64,000 bases of DNA, from positions 62,001 through 126,000 of the forward strand of contig MU008182.1 of NCBI GenBank assembly GCA_010909165.1, written 5' to 3'. Below are positions 38,301-51,451 of the stretch, in pieces. Position 1 is the first letter of the stretch, and each line of letters starts with the position of its first letter. Below the pieces are notes generated by a model that was given only the letters and a program-made list of their open reading frames with translations, searched no databases and had not been told where the DNA came from. A program made the position numbers and the translations under genes. The DNA is from Anthoceros angustus (Eukaryota > Plantae > Anthocerotophyta).

Positions 38301-41300
38301 ACCATGGGCCAGCACAGCGTCACGCTTGGAGATCCGCCGTCGATGACCGGCGGGTAAGTCGGCCGACGATCGGGGCAAAGCGGCTACGCGATGCAGACGG
38401 CGGCATCAGATGGGACAAGAACCTCGCGCCTGGACGCACAGCGAATTTGCGCAGGAGCCACCACCGTCTTCCAATCCCAACTCGGTAGGAGAGCACGGTT
38501 GGCGAGCACGCCATATGCACGCAATGTTCGCGACAGCGTACGCGCGGCGGTGGAAGCTGCCGGCGTTATGTCAGCGTGGTAGCCGACTCTTACGGGGCCG
38601 GAGATTGGGCGTGTGGGGTGACACGCAATGGAAAGGGAGGATGTCTTGTGGCTAGCTAGGTGGTCGGCACCAGCGGTCGGGATGGTTGACACGCGTGATC
38701 ATTGCATTTGGGGATGCGTGTTTTGATTTAAAGTTGATTACACACAATCCAAAAGTTCGACAACGGCCTTGATCGTCCTAAGCTTGCAAGCATATGCGAA
38801 CAAAGCGTTCGGAGGCGCCTTCCCCTTGGTGTAAACAACCTCCTTCATGTCCACTTGTCTCGGCAAGGAATAGTGTTGAGCTCATTGTCTCAAAGTCTGT
38901 GACTCCCATGTTGCGTCGCCATTCACGTGAAAGGGCACTTGAACGGTGCGCAGATCGTTCCATCTTTGTCTCGTCCAACGCATCCCAATTCCATTCACGT
39001 GAAGTGTGTAGCTTGAGCCCACGGTGGCAGCGCTTGTGAAGCCCCACATCGGCGGTTGTTCTATCCAAGCAGGACTCAATTTAGAACCTCCTCCTTGGAT
39101 CGTGGCCTCTGCAAATTGTAGCTCCGAATGCGGTTCGCCTCTTCTTCCCATGGAGGAAATGTGGCTTGGGCTGGCACTCCGTCGGCGCCCGGATGCGCCA
39201 CAGGCGATTGCTCCTCCACTTTCCTCTTGCCCTTCGCATCACCCGGGGCGGATCGGTCCCTACGGGAGGGGTGTACATCCCTTACCCTTCTCTCTCTCCC
39301 TCTCGCCTTCAACTTCCGAGGCTTGCGGCGCCCGCAATCCTTGCCAATTCTCTCCATCGAGGTATGCAATGGACCGGAATCTAGAGAATGCCTTGTGCAT
39401 CTAGGAGGAGAAGACAAAGAGCTATAGCACCAATCACCATACTTTGTTTATTACGCGTGACTCGGAAGGCGTGCAAGCGGTGACTTGTCATGTCGGTCAG
39501 CGGTATGAGCGGGCACCAAACCATACCCATCCATTCCGCCAGCGAGGCAGGGGCGAGTCCGAGTTTTGGGTGACATGAGAAGTACACGTAGTGATCAAAG
39601 AAGAAGGACTTTCCCATCCCAGTTTAATTACGGTAATCATATACCCACATTGTGAGGTATAAACCGTCCCTAGTCACACGACGGAAGTGATCCGAGGCGG
39701 CAAGAGCCAAGCGGGCGGCACTCCATACCAGGTCCTTGATGGCCGACAAGAGGAGAGCAACCTCCGTCCATCATCCTTGATGGCCATCGTCATTGACGAG
39801 GCAGCCCTCGTCCTTGATGGGCATCGTCGGTTTCAGCACGAGCAACAACGATGTGCAAACACTTCGCAATGATCCACAAGCAGACGGTGAGGGAGCGGAA
39901 TGTTGCGGTTCGTCTCACGGATTCCACAACACCTGCAGCATGAACTTGCGGGTTGGAGAAAAGGGCCAAACAAAAGTGTTCACATGCGGCGCCTCCGAGC
40001 ACCCAATCCATACCGTGTGCGGTCACGAACACCATGCCCGCACGGTAGAAGGGACCACCTCGCTAGAGAAGGAACCACCGCCACCGACGGCAAGACGCCG
40101 TGAGGGATATGAGAGCGCTCCGCCGTGAAGGGCGGGGACACGCGCCATTCCCATATGATCCTTGATGGCCATCGGCGGTTTCCGTTGGCGGTGAAGATGG
40201 AGACATGCACACACGCCTCGTCTTTGCGAGCTACCGATGGATACCCACGGTGGTTTCGGCGGAAGCTCGTTGCGGCATGCACATGTCCGTCATAGAGGCA
40301 CAAGGTAGAGCGGCGAGGCGTGTTTCCGGGAAGACAAGCTCGCCTCGGATGCGAAGATGACCAAAACAAAGGTAGTAGCGTGAAGCGAGGGCAAGGTGGT
40401 GACATTTAAAGCGGAACACGACGACCTTAGGCAGCCTCTTGTCCTCCGGCCACATCGGGTTGCGGATGAGAGGATCTTGAATTTCAGCCGTTCCTTACAT
40501 GTGAGAAAGGAGACATGGCGGTGGCATGGCGCGTCGTCGACGATGGCGGTTGGCGGTAAATTCATGGAGGCGGTGGCGCGGGCAAAGCGAGCGGAACACG
40601 GTAGATGTCATGTCTCCCAAGGTCCGGATATCCTTTGCAGTGCGGCCGAGTGACGCCGTCACATTGGCGTCTGCCGGTGTGAATACATGACACGTTACGC
40701 CATGTGGCGCGTTTGATTGGTGGACTGCACAACGGGAGTCTCGAACGATGCACATCATTATATGGGAGAACGGGAATTGGCATATATATGGCAAATTCAC
40801 ATACGGACGGTCCTTCATTCATGGCATAATGAATGGGGGCATTTAGTTTGCTTGAATGGCTCTCATGTGCCACCTACTGTCCTTGCACAATGGGGTAGAA
40901 GAAGCAGATACCGAAACAGAGAACGGGCGCGTCCGTCAATGCACACGACCTTCAGACATGGCATGTTTTCTACCATGCCCTGGCTTTTCAAATATTCTAA
41001 TGGCTTGCAGACACCTTTCTTGGACAACGGTGGAGAAGACAAGTTTATGCGAGAGAAAGGGAGCCATTGTCCTTGGTTCATGGCGTTATAAGGCCATGAC
41101 ATTGTCATGGCCTTCAACATAGGGACCATACATGGCATGCATGGAGGAATGGCATACGTTGACACAAGGTTTGCATACAACAAGTATCACGGTGCATGCA
41201 GGTTGCTGGCATGGCACGAAGTCTCCTCCTCTCTCCTCTTTCCTCCCTCCCCACACCGCGCCGCCCCACGCCGGCACCACTCCCCACACACCATGGCCAC

Positions 41301-41499
41301 CGCCATCACCACGGCTCCACGGTGCGGACATCGTCGCATCGGCTGGATCGGTAGGCAATGTGGTATGCAGAACGGGCAAAGCATAAAAATAGCAAATTAA
41401 CACATGCATGGTCCGTGGAGCATGGCAGTTCTAAGCTGGTCTTGCCCTTGAAATGGCATGCCACATCCGGGCATTACCAGACGAAATGGCATTGCGAAC

Positions 41500-41835
41500 A
41501 CTTGTCCTTGGGTCGCCAATGGGGGATGATTAAATGGCAAAATTGTCTTATTGGAGGGAAGGGCTGGTCTACAGAATCATTTGTCCTTGTGTCACGAAAT
41601 GGTAATCCATAATGGGCTAAATTTGTCCTTGGCTCTCCAAATGGTCATCCGAATGGCCAAAATTGACATGAGGCGAAGACATGGTCATGACGAGGAACAT
41701 TTGTCCTTGGGTCACGAAATGACCATACATGATGAATGTTTTGTCCTTGGACCACGAAATGCGCATGAGCAAAGGGAAATTATTTTCCTTGATGCGAGAT
41801 ATGGTAATCCATAATGGGCTAAATTTGTCCTTGGA
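41500..41835 (+). repeat. Array of TTGTCCTTGG(N)CACGAAATG motifs, ~40-bp spacing
   Basis: About 6-7 copies, including a duplicated GGTAATCCATAATGGGCTAAATTTGTCCTTGG. Confidence 0.7.
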
Positions 41836-42149
41836 CGAAAATCGATAAACGGGATGCCTATATATGCCAAACATGCATGGATGCCATATGCCGTAATGGT
41901 GTGGTGGACAATCGGAAGTTGCGCGGTGTTTTAGGCATGTGAATGCCACATGTACACATATAGGTGGTGGGCAAACTCCGAGTTTGTGCCCGGAAATCGG
42001 CATGCATGGCACATGAGCCGGTGGCATGCCCTAGGACTTATGCCTCGCCTCTCTTCTCCTCTTGCCCCTCTTCCCCATCACGGGGTTACCTCACCGCCTT
42101 GTCGCCATCGTCACCGGAGTTCCTGCTCACTTTGTCGCGGTTATCGGTT

Positions 42150-44650
42150 GTGCATGCGGGTGACTCGGTTGGCCTTCCTCGACCATGGTTTGGGACGTTG
42201 ACTTTGAGGATTTGGTCAAGGCTCGCTTAAGCACGAACAACGCCGCCAATCCGGCCGGATGTCCGTGCCCATAACGTCGCCGGGAAGGAGGGATGGGGGC
42301 CCATCGGCGCTTGCGCCAGCCGAGAGGAGAGTCGAAGCCGGAAAATGGTCCACAAGGGACTTGGCGCGAGGAGGCGAGCGGCCCAACGGATGGAAGCACG
42401 GGCGCGGATGGTGGAAGCGGCAAGTGAGGTGGGCGCCGTGGAGAAAGCCGATTCCACAAGTGGAGGGTGGATGCCCATGGCGTGGAGCGGGAAGCGGCGA
42501 GAGGTGGAGGTGCCGAGGAGAACCTTCATGAGTGGAGTCTGCAAGAGGCGGGCGATGCTCGGCGGCCGGAAGTGGAGTGGGTGTCTCCACAGTGGGGAGC
42601 TAACGCTACAATGCTTCAGGAGAGATTCCAAAGTCGGAGGAGGGATCGCCAGGCGGCGACATCCGGAGGAGGACATTGGCCTTAGTCCGGAGCTTGAGGG
42701 CATGTCCAACTTGAGGAGCATGGTGGTGGTGCACAAGAGGGTGACCACCGTGGCTGGGAGAGATGGCATACGTTTGTGGACCTTACGCCGGTGGCGACGG
42801 ACAACCCCAACAACGTGGCGGAGGGAGCCTTTGGAGGGGAGGAGACTCCTGCGGTGGGAGTGGGCGTGGTGGGCGCGGTTGCGGAGGAGGGCCAAGGAGC
42901 GCATGCCTATGATGGTGAGGAGGGCGGTGAGGAGGAGGACACCAGCGGCGAGGATGGGGAGGCGGGAGCGAGGAGGAAGATGTGGAGATGGCGGATCGAG
43001 GTCGAGGAAGACATGCCGACTACATTGCCAGCACATGAAATTGGAGAATTGATTGGCGGTAAGCCATTAGACGATGTCATAGCCGTGTTGTGCTACATGG
43101 GCGTGGTGGCGTGTACATGGTGAGCCGGTTATGCGATGGAGGGTGGATAGAGAATGAGGAGGAGGATGAAGAGTCGTCCGATGAGGAAGGACGAGTGAGG
43201 AAGGCCTTCCACCGCGTGTGTTGGAGCTAGTGTGTGCAAAATGGAGTGATGGTGCCATGGTCGAGCCACGACGAAAGTTTGCGAAAGACCGGTGAGGAAG
43301 GTAGAGTATGAGTTTGCAAGTATAGAGCGCGAGGATATTGTGGCCAGTTTGCGGTGCATCGCGGACAAGGAACCACAATGTGGGCAAGAAGGTGCGCAAG
43401 CGCAATTCGTGGAGGGAGAAGGGAAGGATGCAAAATGGTTGCATCCGCCTAATGTGAGCACGAAGGCATGGAGAAAGGTATGCGGCAAGCCGTGGTGACG
43501 TTGCAAGCATGGGGTGTGTGGCCAACACCACGCGCCGCAACGCCGGCAAGAATTGCACGAGCATGGGACGAATCCCTTTGGTCCAAGAGGAGCAAAGGAG
43601 TTCGAAACGGTATGTCCAACGGGAGGAGCGCAACTGGATGAGTTGAAGTGGGCAGCAAGGCATGGATTGGACAGATCGAGATCGAGTGGTAAAATAGTCG
43701 TTGTGGTTAATGGAATGCTTGGTTGTGATATGTAGGTTTCGCTATGTAGGGGCGTGGATGAGTGATGCGTGTGCATGATGCAGGAAGAAGGGAAGGAAAA
43801 CGGTGGAAGGTGAAGGCCAGTCGTGAAGGAAGGCACAGAACCCGGTGGAGAGAAGGAAGATGGAGGAAGGTGCCAAGCAGGGGCGTCACCGTCAAGTGAT
43901 GCCGGAGGCAACGTGGATGGTGGGGATCCGGAGGTGTGATGGCGTGCCAAAAGGCGTATCACGATCCGTGTCAAAAGCGTGAGTAGGGTGGCAACCCGAT
44001 CGAGAGATTGAATGCTATTCGTTTGCCGTCGTAATTGTGGAAGTGGTGATTTGGCAGCCTATGGGGCCGGAGTGAAGGGCTAGCCATTGAGGCTAGTGGG
44101 TCGAATGCCGCCCACGTAAGGTGGACCACACCAGACGAAACGAGGAGGTGCCGAGCGAAGAGGGTCAAGCAAAAGACAACGGGTGTTGAAGCCGCAAGAG
44201 GAGTCGAGTCGGACGGTGGCGAAGGGTGTAGGCGCAAGTGACATAGGAATGGTTGGTACGTCTATGGGTAGGGGCGTTTGTGGAGGGGAATGTAAATGGT
44301 CGAGATGTTTTCCTGGACGATGGAGTCGCCCGGCATGGGTGGACGGTGATGGTCAATTAGCAACAAACAAGAGGGAATTGGTCCCACCTTTGTAGCCTGG
44401 CATTGACATGTCTAATTGTGAAAGTGGTTATAGAGGTCTGGATAGGTGTAGGAAGATGTGGAGGAACCACGAAACCATTGGTGTTGGTCCAAGAGTCACC
44501 AAGTGACGTCGCGTCGCTTGTGAGGCACATGTTGGTGGTGCACGCGACGACTATGCCCATATCACGTGGAGTTCGTATTGCATCGGTGGAAACAAAGTGC
44601 AAGGGATAGAGGACGATTGAAGTGTCCAAAAATTTGATTTAAATTGTCAA
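42150..44650 (+). pseudogene. Divergently oriented accessory gene in the CACTA element (unknown; second copy at 30340-31420 plus 45488-48000)
   Basis: VRKVEYEF.SI.REDIVA...AKW.H.PNVSTKAWR is shared by 43292-43498 and 46504-46908. Confidence 0.55.
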
Positions 44651-45463
44651 TAAAATCAAACACTTAGATATGTAAGGTATGAGAGTGACGTAAGGGTTAG
44701 CACATATATATTATTATATAAACAAGTCTTGATGCCTATATATACGTGCGTACATACGTATACAAAGAGGCCTGTAAATACACTAATATAATAGAAGTAT
44801 AACAGATGGATGTGTACATATAAACGTACACATACTTATGTCTTGAAGCCTACAAACATATATATGTATATTGAGTATATGCAAAGGAGGTAAAAAGGGA
44901 AGGGAAGGACAGCCCCCCGGGGCAGAGAGAGGTCATTGTAACAAGCAAGTTGAAAGAGGAATAGTGGAAGAGTATAAAATGGCTGTGATAGGGGAGGTCC
45001 TTCTCACAGTCATGAAGGAGGAGGAGAAGTGAAAGAGTATAAAAAGGGTGTGATAAGGGGGGCAATAAATAGGAGGGTGAGGTGAGAGGAGAGAGACCAA
45101 GTATTGTGTTAAGATGGGGTGAGAAGCTGGATAAGAAAAGGACACCTTGAACACCAAGCCACCATAAAGTGTTGCAATATTGAAGTGGTACATGAAGTGA
45201 GAGACCAAGCATTGTGTTAGGATGGTGGGAGAAGGAAGAGAAAGAATGGACCAACTTAACACCAAGCCATCAAACCATCTTTGGAAGTTGGAAGTGGAAA
45301 TTATTAACAATGCTTGTGAGAGAGGGGTGTACCGGAAGGGGAGGGGAAGAGATAGTGTCGTTCGTGTTAAGATGGCACCAAACGGGAGAACTAACAAACT
45401 TAATACCAACCCTCCAAAACATGTTGCAATGTGGAAGTGTAACAAAAATTGCAACATCCACGT

Positions 45464-45487
45464 ATAGGGTGCCCTTTTCTAGTAGGG
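45464..45487 (-). repeat. Right TIR of the inner CACTA element
   Basis: Exact reverse complement of 31421-31444. Confidence 0.95.
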
Positions 45488-45807
45488 CGTGTGGTGATGT
45501 CATTGGTTTGTGGACCTTACTTGGGTGGCGATGGACAACCCCAACAACGTGGGAGGAGGTGCCTGTGGAGAGGAGACTGCGCCTAAGGTGGACAGTGCTG
45601 TGGAGGAGGCGGTTGCGGGGGCCAAGGCACATATGATGGTCGGGAGGCGGTGAGGAGAGGACACCAATGGCGCGATGATGGGAAGCGCGAGGCGAATGTG
45701 GAGATGGCGGATGATGAGGTGGAGCGGACATACCGACTACATTGCCACTACACGATTGAAGAATTGGGAGCGGTTGGCGGTGGCCACTAGACAACGTCAT
45801 TCGACGG

Positions 45808-46416
45808 TAAGCACTTGAATTCACATAAGCACTTCCTCAACAACCAAGCAAACAAATCTAATACATCTAGATATATATGTGCAACCAATAACAATGTGAG
45901 GAGTAGCTACATGTCGCAGCACAACACACTCTTCCACGAGAACAAGACGCAAAATTTCTCACATCGCTCTCGAGTCATAGCTTTGGCCTCCTCACAACGC
46001 TCTCGCTTGCATATCTAGAGGACAAGCTATGATCTGAGCTTGTCCTCAATGGAAGGGTCTATATACTAGCCTTAGCATCGGCATATTCCTAAGATATCCT
46101 ATTGGCATCAGCATATGCCGGAAATATCCTAAGAATACACTATAATATGCAAGGAATATGCCCAAGCATATTACTTGAGCTTATCCACTTAGCTATTGTA
46201 TTCTAAGAATTTACTATTATATGCAAGAAATATGCCAAAGCATATTACTTGAGCTTATCCACTTAGCTATTGCTAACCATATTTAATTAACACTAATAAA
46301 TGATTAATTAGCATAAGCACCTTAGATTAATTAAAACTAATTACTTACTTAAAGATAAGTAATTACATTAATTAATGCTAATCAAACACTAAACCCAAGT
46401 GCAGAGATTAGTATCA
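45808..46416 (-). mobile_element. Probable solo LTR
   Basis: AT-rich insert absent from the homologous copy at ~43070; ends ...TATCA; flanks GACGG/TACGG; internal ~60-75 bp duplication. Confidence 0.6.
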
Positions 46417-48130
46417 TACGGCATGACATTGCCGTGTTGTGCAGGCTGCATGGGCGTGGTGGAGTGTACATGGCTGTGAGCCCAGTTATGCGATGGAGGT
46501 TGGGTGGAGAATGAGGAGGAGGAGGAAGAGTCGTCCGATGAGGAAGGACGGTTGAGGAAGGCCTTCCACCAACGTGTGTTGGAGCTAGTGTGCGCAAAAA
46601 TTTCGAGCCACGACGACAGTTTGAGGGACAGACTGGTGAGGAAGGTAGAGTATGAGTTCCCAAGTATAGATCGCGAGGATATTGTGGCCATGTTTGCAAG
46701 TGCATCACGGACAAGGAACCACAATGTGGGAAAGAAGGTGTGGCAAGCTGCAATTATCCGGAGGGAGAAGGGGAAGGATGCAAAATGGCCACATTCGCCA
46801 AATGTGAGCACGAAGGCATGGAGATGGGCTGTAGAGCAAGCTGTGGTGACATTGCAGAAGCATGGTGGTGTGTGGCCAACACCACAGCAAGCAGCCGCAA
46901 CTAAGTGATGTGTGTGCATGACTGCAGGGAAGAAGGGGAAGGGAAAGCTGGTGGAAGGTGAAGGCCATGTCAGGAAGGAAGGCAAAGATCCCAGTGGAGA
47001 GAAGGAAGATGGAGGAAAGGTGGCAAACAGGGGGGCATCACCGTCAAGTGATGCCGAAGGCAACGTAGATGGTGGGGAACCTGGATGTGTGATGGCATTG
47101 CCACCGACAAGGCATATCACACGACCTGTGTCTAAAAGCGTGAGTAGGGTGGCAAAGCGGGTACTGAGGGATTGAATGCTATTCGTTTGCCGTCTGTAAC
47201 TGTGAAAGTGGTGTTTTGGCAGCCTATGGGGCCAGGAGTGAAGGGGCTAGCCATGGAGGCCAGTGGGTCAAATGCGAGCCCACAAAAGGTGGACCACACC
47301 AGGAGGAAACGAGGAGGTGCTGAGCAAAGAGGGTCAAGCAAAAGACAACGGGTGTTGAAGCTGCAAGAGGAGTCTGAGTCGGATGGTGGCGAAGGGGTGT
47401 AGGCGCGGCTGACATAGGAATGGTTCATGGCTAATGGCTGGCGGAGACCCTTGATCTTTGCAGCGATGGTGGGATGTAATGATGCCAGGATGTTCAGACC
47501 ATGCATGCAGAGGTTGGAAACCATGGTGAACGAGGGAGAGAATGCGGGAGCGCATGCCGAATGCAATCTGGAAAACAACCGTGGCAGGTGGGCCGTCTGT
47601 GGAGGGGGAATGTGAATGTTCAAAGCCATTTTCTTGCAGACGCTAGAGTCGCCAATGCATGGGTGGACCGGTGATGGTTAATCAGCAACAAACAGAGGGA
47701 ATTGGTCTTCCCACCTTTGTAGCCTAGCATTTACAGGGGTCCTCTGCCGTCAAAGTGGTAAATGAGGTCGCTGGATAGGTCTAGGAAGTTGTGGAGGAAC
47801 CTTGAAAACAATGGTGTTTGTCTGAAGAGTCACCAAGTGACGTCGCGTCCCTTCAGTTCAGAGGCACATGTTCGTATTGCACGCAAGACGCATATGTTCA
47901 TATCACTTGGAAGACGCACATGTTCGTAGTTAAAGCCAATGGCATTAGTGGCAACAAAGCTGAAAGGGATAGAGGACGCTTGAAGTGTCCAAAAATTCCA
48001 ATTAATTTGTCAATAAAATCAAACATATATATATGCAAGGTATGAGAGTGACGTAAGCGTTAGCACATACATATTAGTACATAAACAAGTCTTGAAGCCT
48101 ATATACATATATACATATACAAAGGAGGTA

Positions 48131-48400
48131 AATATAAGTACACTTATATAATATAAGTACACTTATATAATATAAGTACACTTATATAATATAAGTACAC
48201 TAATATAATATAAGTACACTAATATAATATAAGTATACGAAGGATGTGTACATACATATTAGTACATAAACAAGTCTTGAAGCCTATATACATATACAAA
48301 GGAGGTAAAATATAGTACACTTATATAATATAAGTACACTTATATAATATAAGTACACTTATATAAGTACACTAATATAAGTACACTAATATATAAGTAT
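48131..48400. repeat. 19-bp minisatellite AATATAAGTACACTTATAT in two blocks within a ~185-bp duplication
   Basis: Direct inspection. Confidence 0.85.
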
Positions 48401-49426
48401 ACGAAGGATGTGTACATATATATGTACACATACTTACACATACTTATGTCTTGAAGCCTATATACATATATACGTATACAAAGGATATGCAAAGGAGGTA
48501 AAATAGGAAGAGAAGGATACCCTCCGGGGGCGAGAGAGGTCCTTGTTACAATCATGTTGCAAGAGGAAGAGGGAAAGAGCATGAAATGGTTGTGATAGGG
48601 GAGCTCCTTCTCACAGTCATGATGGGAGGAGAAGAAGTGAAAGAGTATAAAAAGGGTGTGATAAGGGGAGCAATAACTAGCAGGGTGAGGTGAGAGGAGA
48701 GAGACCAAGCATTGTGTTAAGATGGTGTGAGAAGGTGGATAAGAAATCGACACCCTTAACACCAAGCCACCAAAGAGTGTTGCAATTTTGAAGTGGTACA
48801 TGAAGTGAGAGACCAAGCATTGCGTTAGGATGGTGGGAGAAGGAAGAGAAAAAATTGACCAACTGAACACCAAGCCATCAAAATGTGTTGCAAGTTGGAA
48901 GTGTTACATAAAATTACAACAACGACTGTAACAAGGGCAGGTGGGAAATTATCAACAATGCTTGTGAGAGAGGGGGTGTACCCATAAGGGTGAGGTGGGA
49001 AGAGGGAGTGCCAGGTTCGCGTTAAGATGGCTGCACCAAACGGGGACAGAATTGACAAACTTAATACCAAGCCTCCAAAACATGTTGCAATATGGAAGTG
49101 TAACAAAAAATTGCAACATCGACTGTAACATAGGCTGCCCTTTTCTAATAGGGGTTGGTTCCCTCCATGAGAGTGATTCCATCGTCTTCGCTAGCCGGTC
49201 ACTCATACACTTGCTTTATGCTCCTCAGTGTCCAGCATCTCGGATTCGTCCTAGCGTTCTGTTTGGGCAAAGCCGCCAATTCCTCCTCTATCTGATGTAG
49301 ATTCACATAACACTCCTCGATTAATTACAAATTGGAGTATGTACAATGTTTCATGTACATCCATTCTAGCTGGATATTCTTCTCCGTTGCCCAAGGCCCA
49401 AAATGTGCGAGATCCTTAGAAGACAA

Positions 49427-49726
49427 TGATGAGAATCAATAGCTCTTAGGCAGAAGAGATACAATACAATGAATTGATTAAAGAGTAAAGTACAAACCTT
49501 TATATAGGCTAAGTGGTTAGGTGGTTAGGTGGTTAGGTGGTTAGGTGGTTAGGTGGTTAGGTGGTTATAACAATATGTTGTTATAACCACCAAGTTGTTA
49601 TAACTAATATAACAACTAACTACCTAGAGCAACTAAATAGATAACTACCTAATGCCCTAGGCATAAATTAATGTTTAAGTAATGTGGCCCTAATGAATAG
49701 TGCCCTAAACTAGATATATTTCATCA
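49427..49726 (-). repeat. 3' LTR of Copia-C containing (GTGGTTAG)n
   Basis: TGATGAGAATC...TTTCATCA followed by CTCCCACTCACT. Confidence 0.88.
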
Positions 49727-50461
49727 CTCCCACTCACTATGAACGTAGGGGTGAACTCTAGCTTTTAAATGAGGCTTAAAACATTAATAGGCTCCCACTT
49801 AATCAAAAGTTATAAGCTTAAGAAGAAATAAGCCTATTCTAAAAACTGAAAAAGTAAAAATAATATACCAAACCTGTACAAGGTTATTTCGTGGTGTGGT
49901 CATATGTGTGTCCAAATGGCCTAGGCCAAATGGACACACATTTATAAGAACGCCGTGATTAAGCATCCTGAGCTTGGATCGGTACTTAGATGGGGTGCCT
50001 AGATGGGGTGCCTAAAGGGAGTGGATGCCCTTGGTGCAAGTAGCTTAGGCACACCATGGTACAAGTAGTTAAGTACCAAGTCCCATGACGGAAATCCGTC
50101 CTTAGTAGACTTAAATAAAATTCTTCTTCTTCTTCTTCACGGCACATCTGCTGTCCTATCATAACTCAAGCGCCCTAGCCCGGACCAAGACGGATGGGGT
50201 GACCTCTCCGGAAGTCGCTGCTACACGGTGTCCCATCATAACTCCACTGTTAAGCGCCCCTAGCCCGGATCAGTACCGGGATGGGTGACCTCTCCGGAAG
50301 TCATTTTGAATTAAATCTTCAACTTGAAATGGACTTATCCGTTCCAACTACCCTGCCCACCAATTGGTGGATGGGGTGGAAGAAGTCACTTGCGACCCCC
50401 GCAGGGATCACCCTCCTGGGCACGCCTGGCCGTCATGATTTGCCCCCTTTGCGCCTGCACA

Positions 50462-50720
50462 TGATGAAATAGGTCTAGATTAGGCACTATTCATTAGGGC
50501 CTCATAACTTAAACATTATTATCTACCTAGGGTTATTTAGGTAGTTAGTAGTTATATTAGTTATATTGGTTACAACAACTTACGGTTGCAACTACTTATG
50601 GTTGCAACCATTTATGGTTGTAACCACCCAACTACCAGCCTATTTAAAGGCTTGTACTTTACTCATTAATTACTTACATTGTTTCTTCTTCTTCTAATCT
50701 AAGAGCTCTGATTCTCATCA
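50462..50720 (+). repeat. 5' LTR of Copia-B
   Basis: TGATGAAATAGG...TTCTCATCA. Confidence 0.93.
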
Positions 50721-50732
50721 TGGTATCGAGCA
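50721..50732 (+). promoter_or_regulatory. PBS (tRNA-iMet, one base missing)
   Basis: TGGTATC-GAGCA. Confidence 0.85.
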
Positions 50733-50879
50733 TCGTTGCTCTCTTGCATGCTTATGTTTCTTATATATGAGGAGATTATTTACAAGGCACTCTTAAATCT
50801 AGCATTCGTCTAGATGGAGTGCTATTGTTCTACATTCTCTATTTCACCAATTCTTCATCTCTTCCTTTAACATGCTTAT

Positions 50880-51194
50880 ATGTTTCAATCTTCTATAATT
50901 TCTCCATGGACTTCAATTCTATTAGAAGGAGAAAGCAAGGTTAAAAGGAAAGAGAATCTCATTAGGCAACAAGCTATTGAGAGTGAAATAGAACAAATCT
51001 CTTCATCTATAGCAAATTTCATTGCATCAATTTTATTTCCAAAACCGGATCAAGGGAAGCTTATCAAGTTATCAAGATGTCATTTACTTGAATACTTCAG
51101 CCCTATTCATATTAAAGCTTTGGAATTGGCCCTTAACCATATTCCAAATTTAATAATTGGATTAAGTTCTTCCGTACTCTGTTTTGACAAATAA
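50880..51194 (+). CDS. Conserved ORF upstream of gag
   Basis: Homologous to 7224-7589. Confidence 0.6.
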   Translation: MFQSSIISPWTSILLEGESKVKRKENLIRQQAIESEIEQISSSIANFIASILFPKPDQGKLIKLSRCHLLEYFSPIHIKALELALNHIPNLIIGLSSSVLCFDK

Positions 51195-51451
51195 AAATAG
51201 AATTCAAACTCCATCTCTTCATGATTTTTATAATCAATTTTCATCTCTTAAAATTGGTCTCTAATCTTCAAACTGAATTATTTGATTTGAAATCAAAATT
51301 TTCTTTGCTTTCGAGTTTAATACTAATCAAGGATTAGAGAGTATGTCATCATCTCCCCGAAAAGCGATGGATGAATTCTATATGTGCAATAAAATTGAGC
51401 ATAAGCCTTACATATGACTTTGTCCTTTAAGGACGATTAGCTATGGAGTGA

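Larger units (their letters stand above)
31421..45487 (-). mobile_element. Complete ~14-kb CACTA/En-Spm-type DNA transposon with CCCTA termini
   Basis: Perfect 24-bp TIRs CCCTACTAGAAAAGGGCACCCTAT, 3-bp TSD CGT on both sides, TGTTGCAA subterminal repeats, TnpD-like transposase. Confidence 0.93.
30305..49153. mobile_element. Older CACTA-family copy (left end not found), interrupted by the inner element and a solo LTR
   Basis: 30305-31420 and 45488-49153 are homologous to 42120-45487; right TIR variant at 49130-49153. Confidence 0.8.

Noticed and set aside
38780-39800. ULP1/SUMO protease often carried by CACTA elements
   Set aside because: HW...D...Q..DCG catalytic motifs not found
41500-41835. 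CRISPR-like repeat/spacer appearance
   Set aside because: Repeats are short and degenerate, some spacers are duplicated, there are no cas genes, and the context is a eukaryotic TE
42227-43974. Long minus-strand ORFs (269, 198 and 281 aa)
   Set aside because: Pro/Ser/Leu-rich shadows of a purine-rich plus strand; no motifs
49511-49568. Interstitial telomere
   Set aside because: Unit is not TTTAGGG or TTAGGG and lies within an LTR
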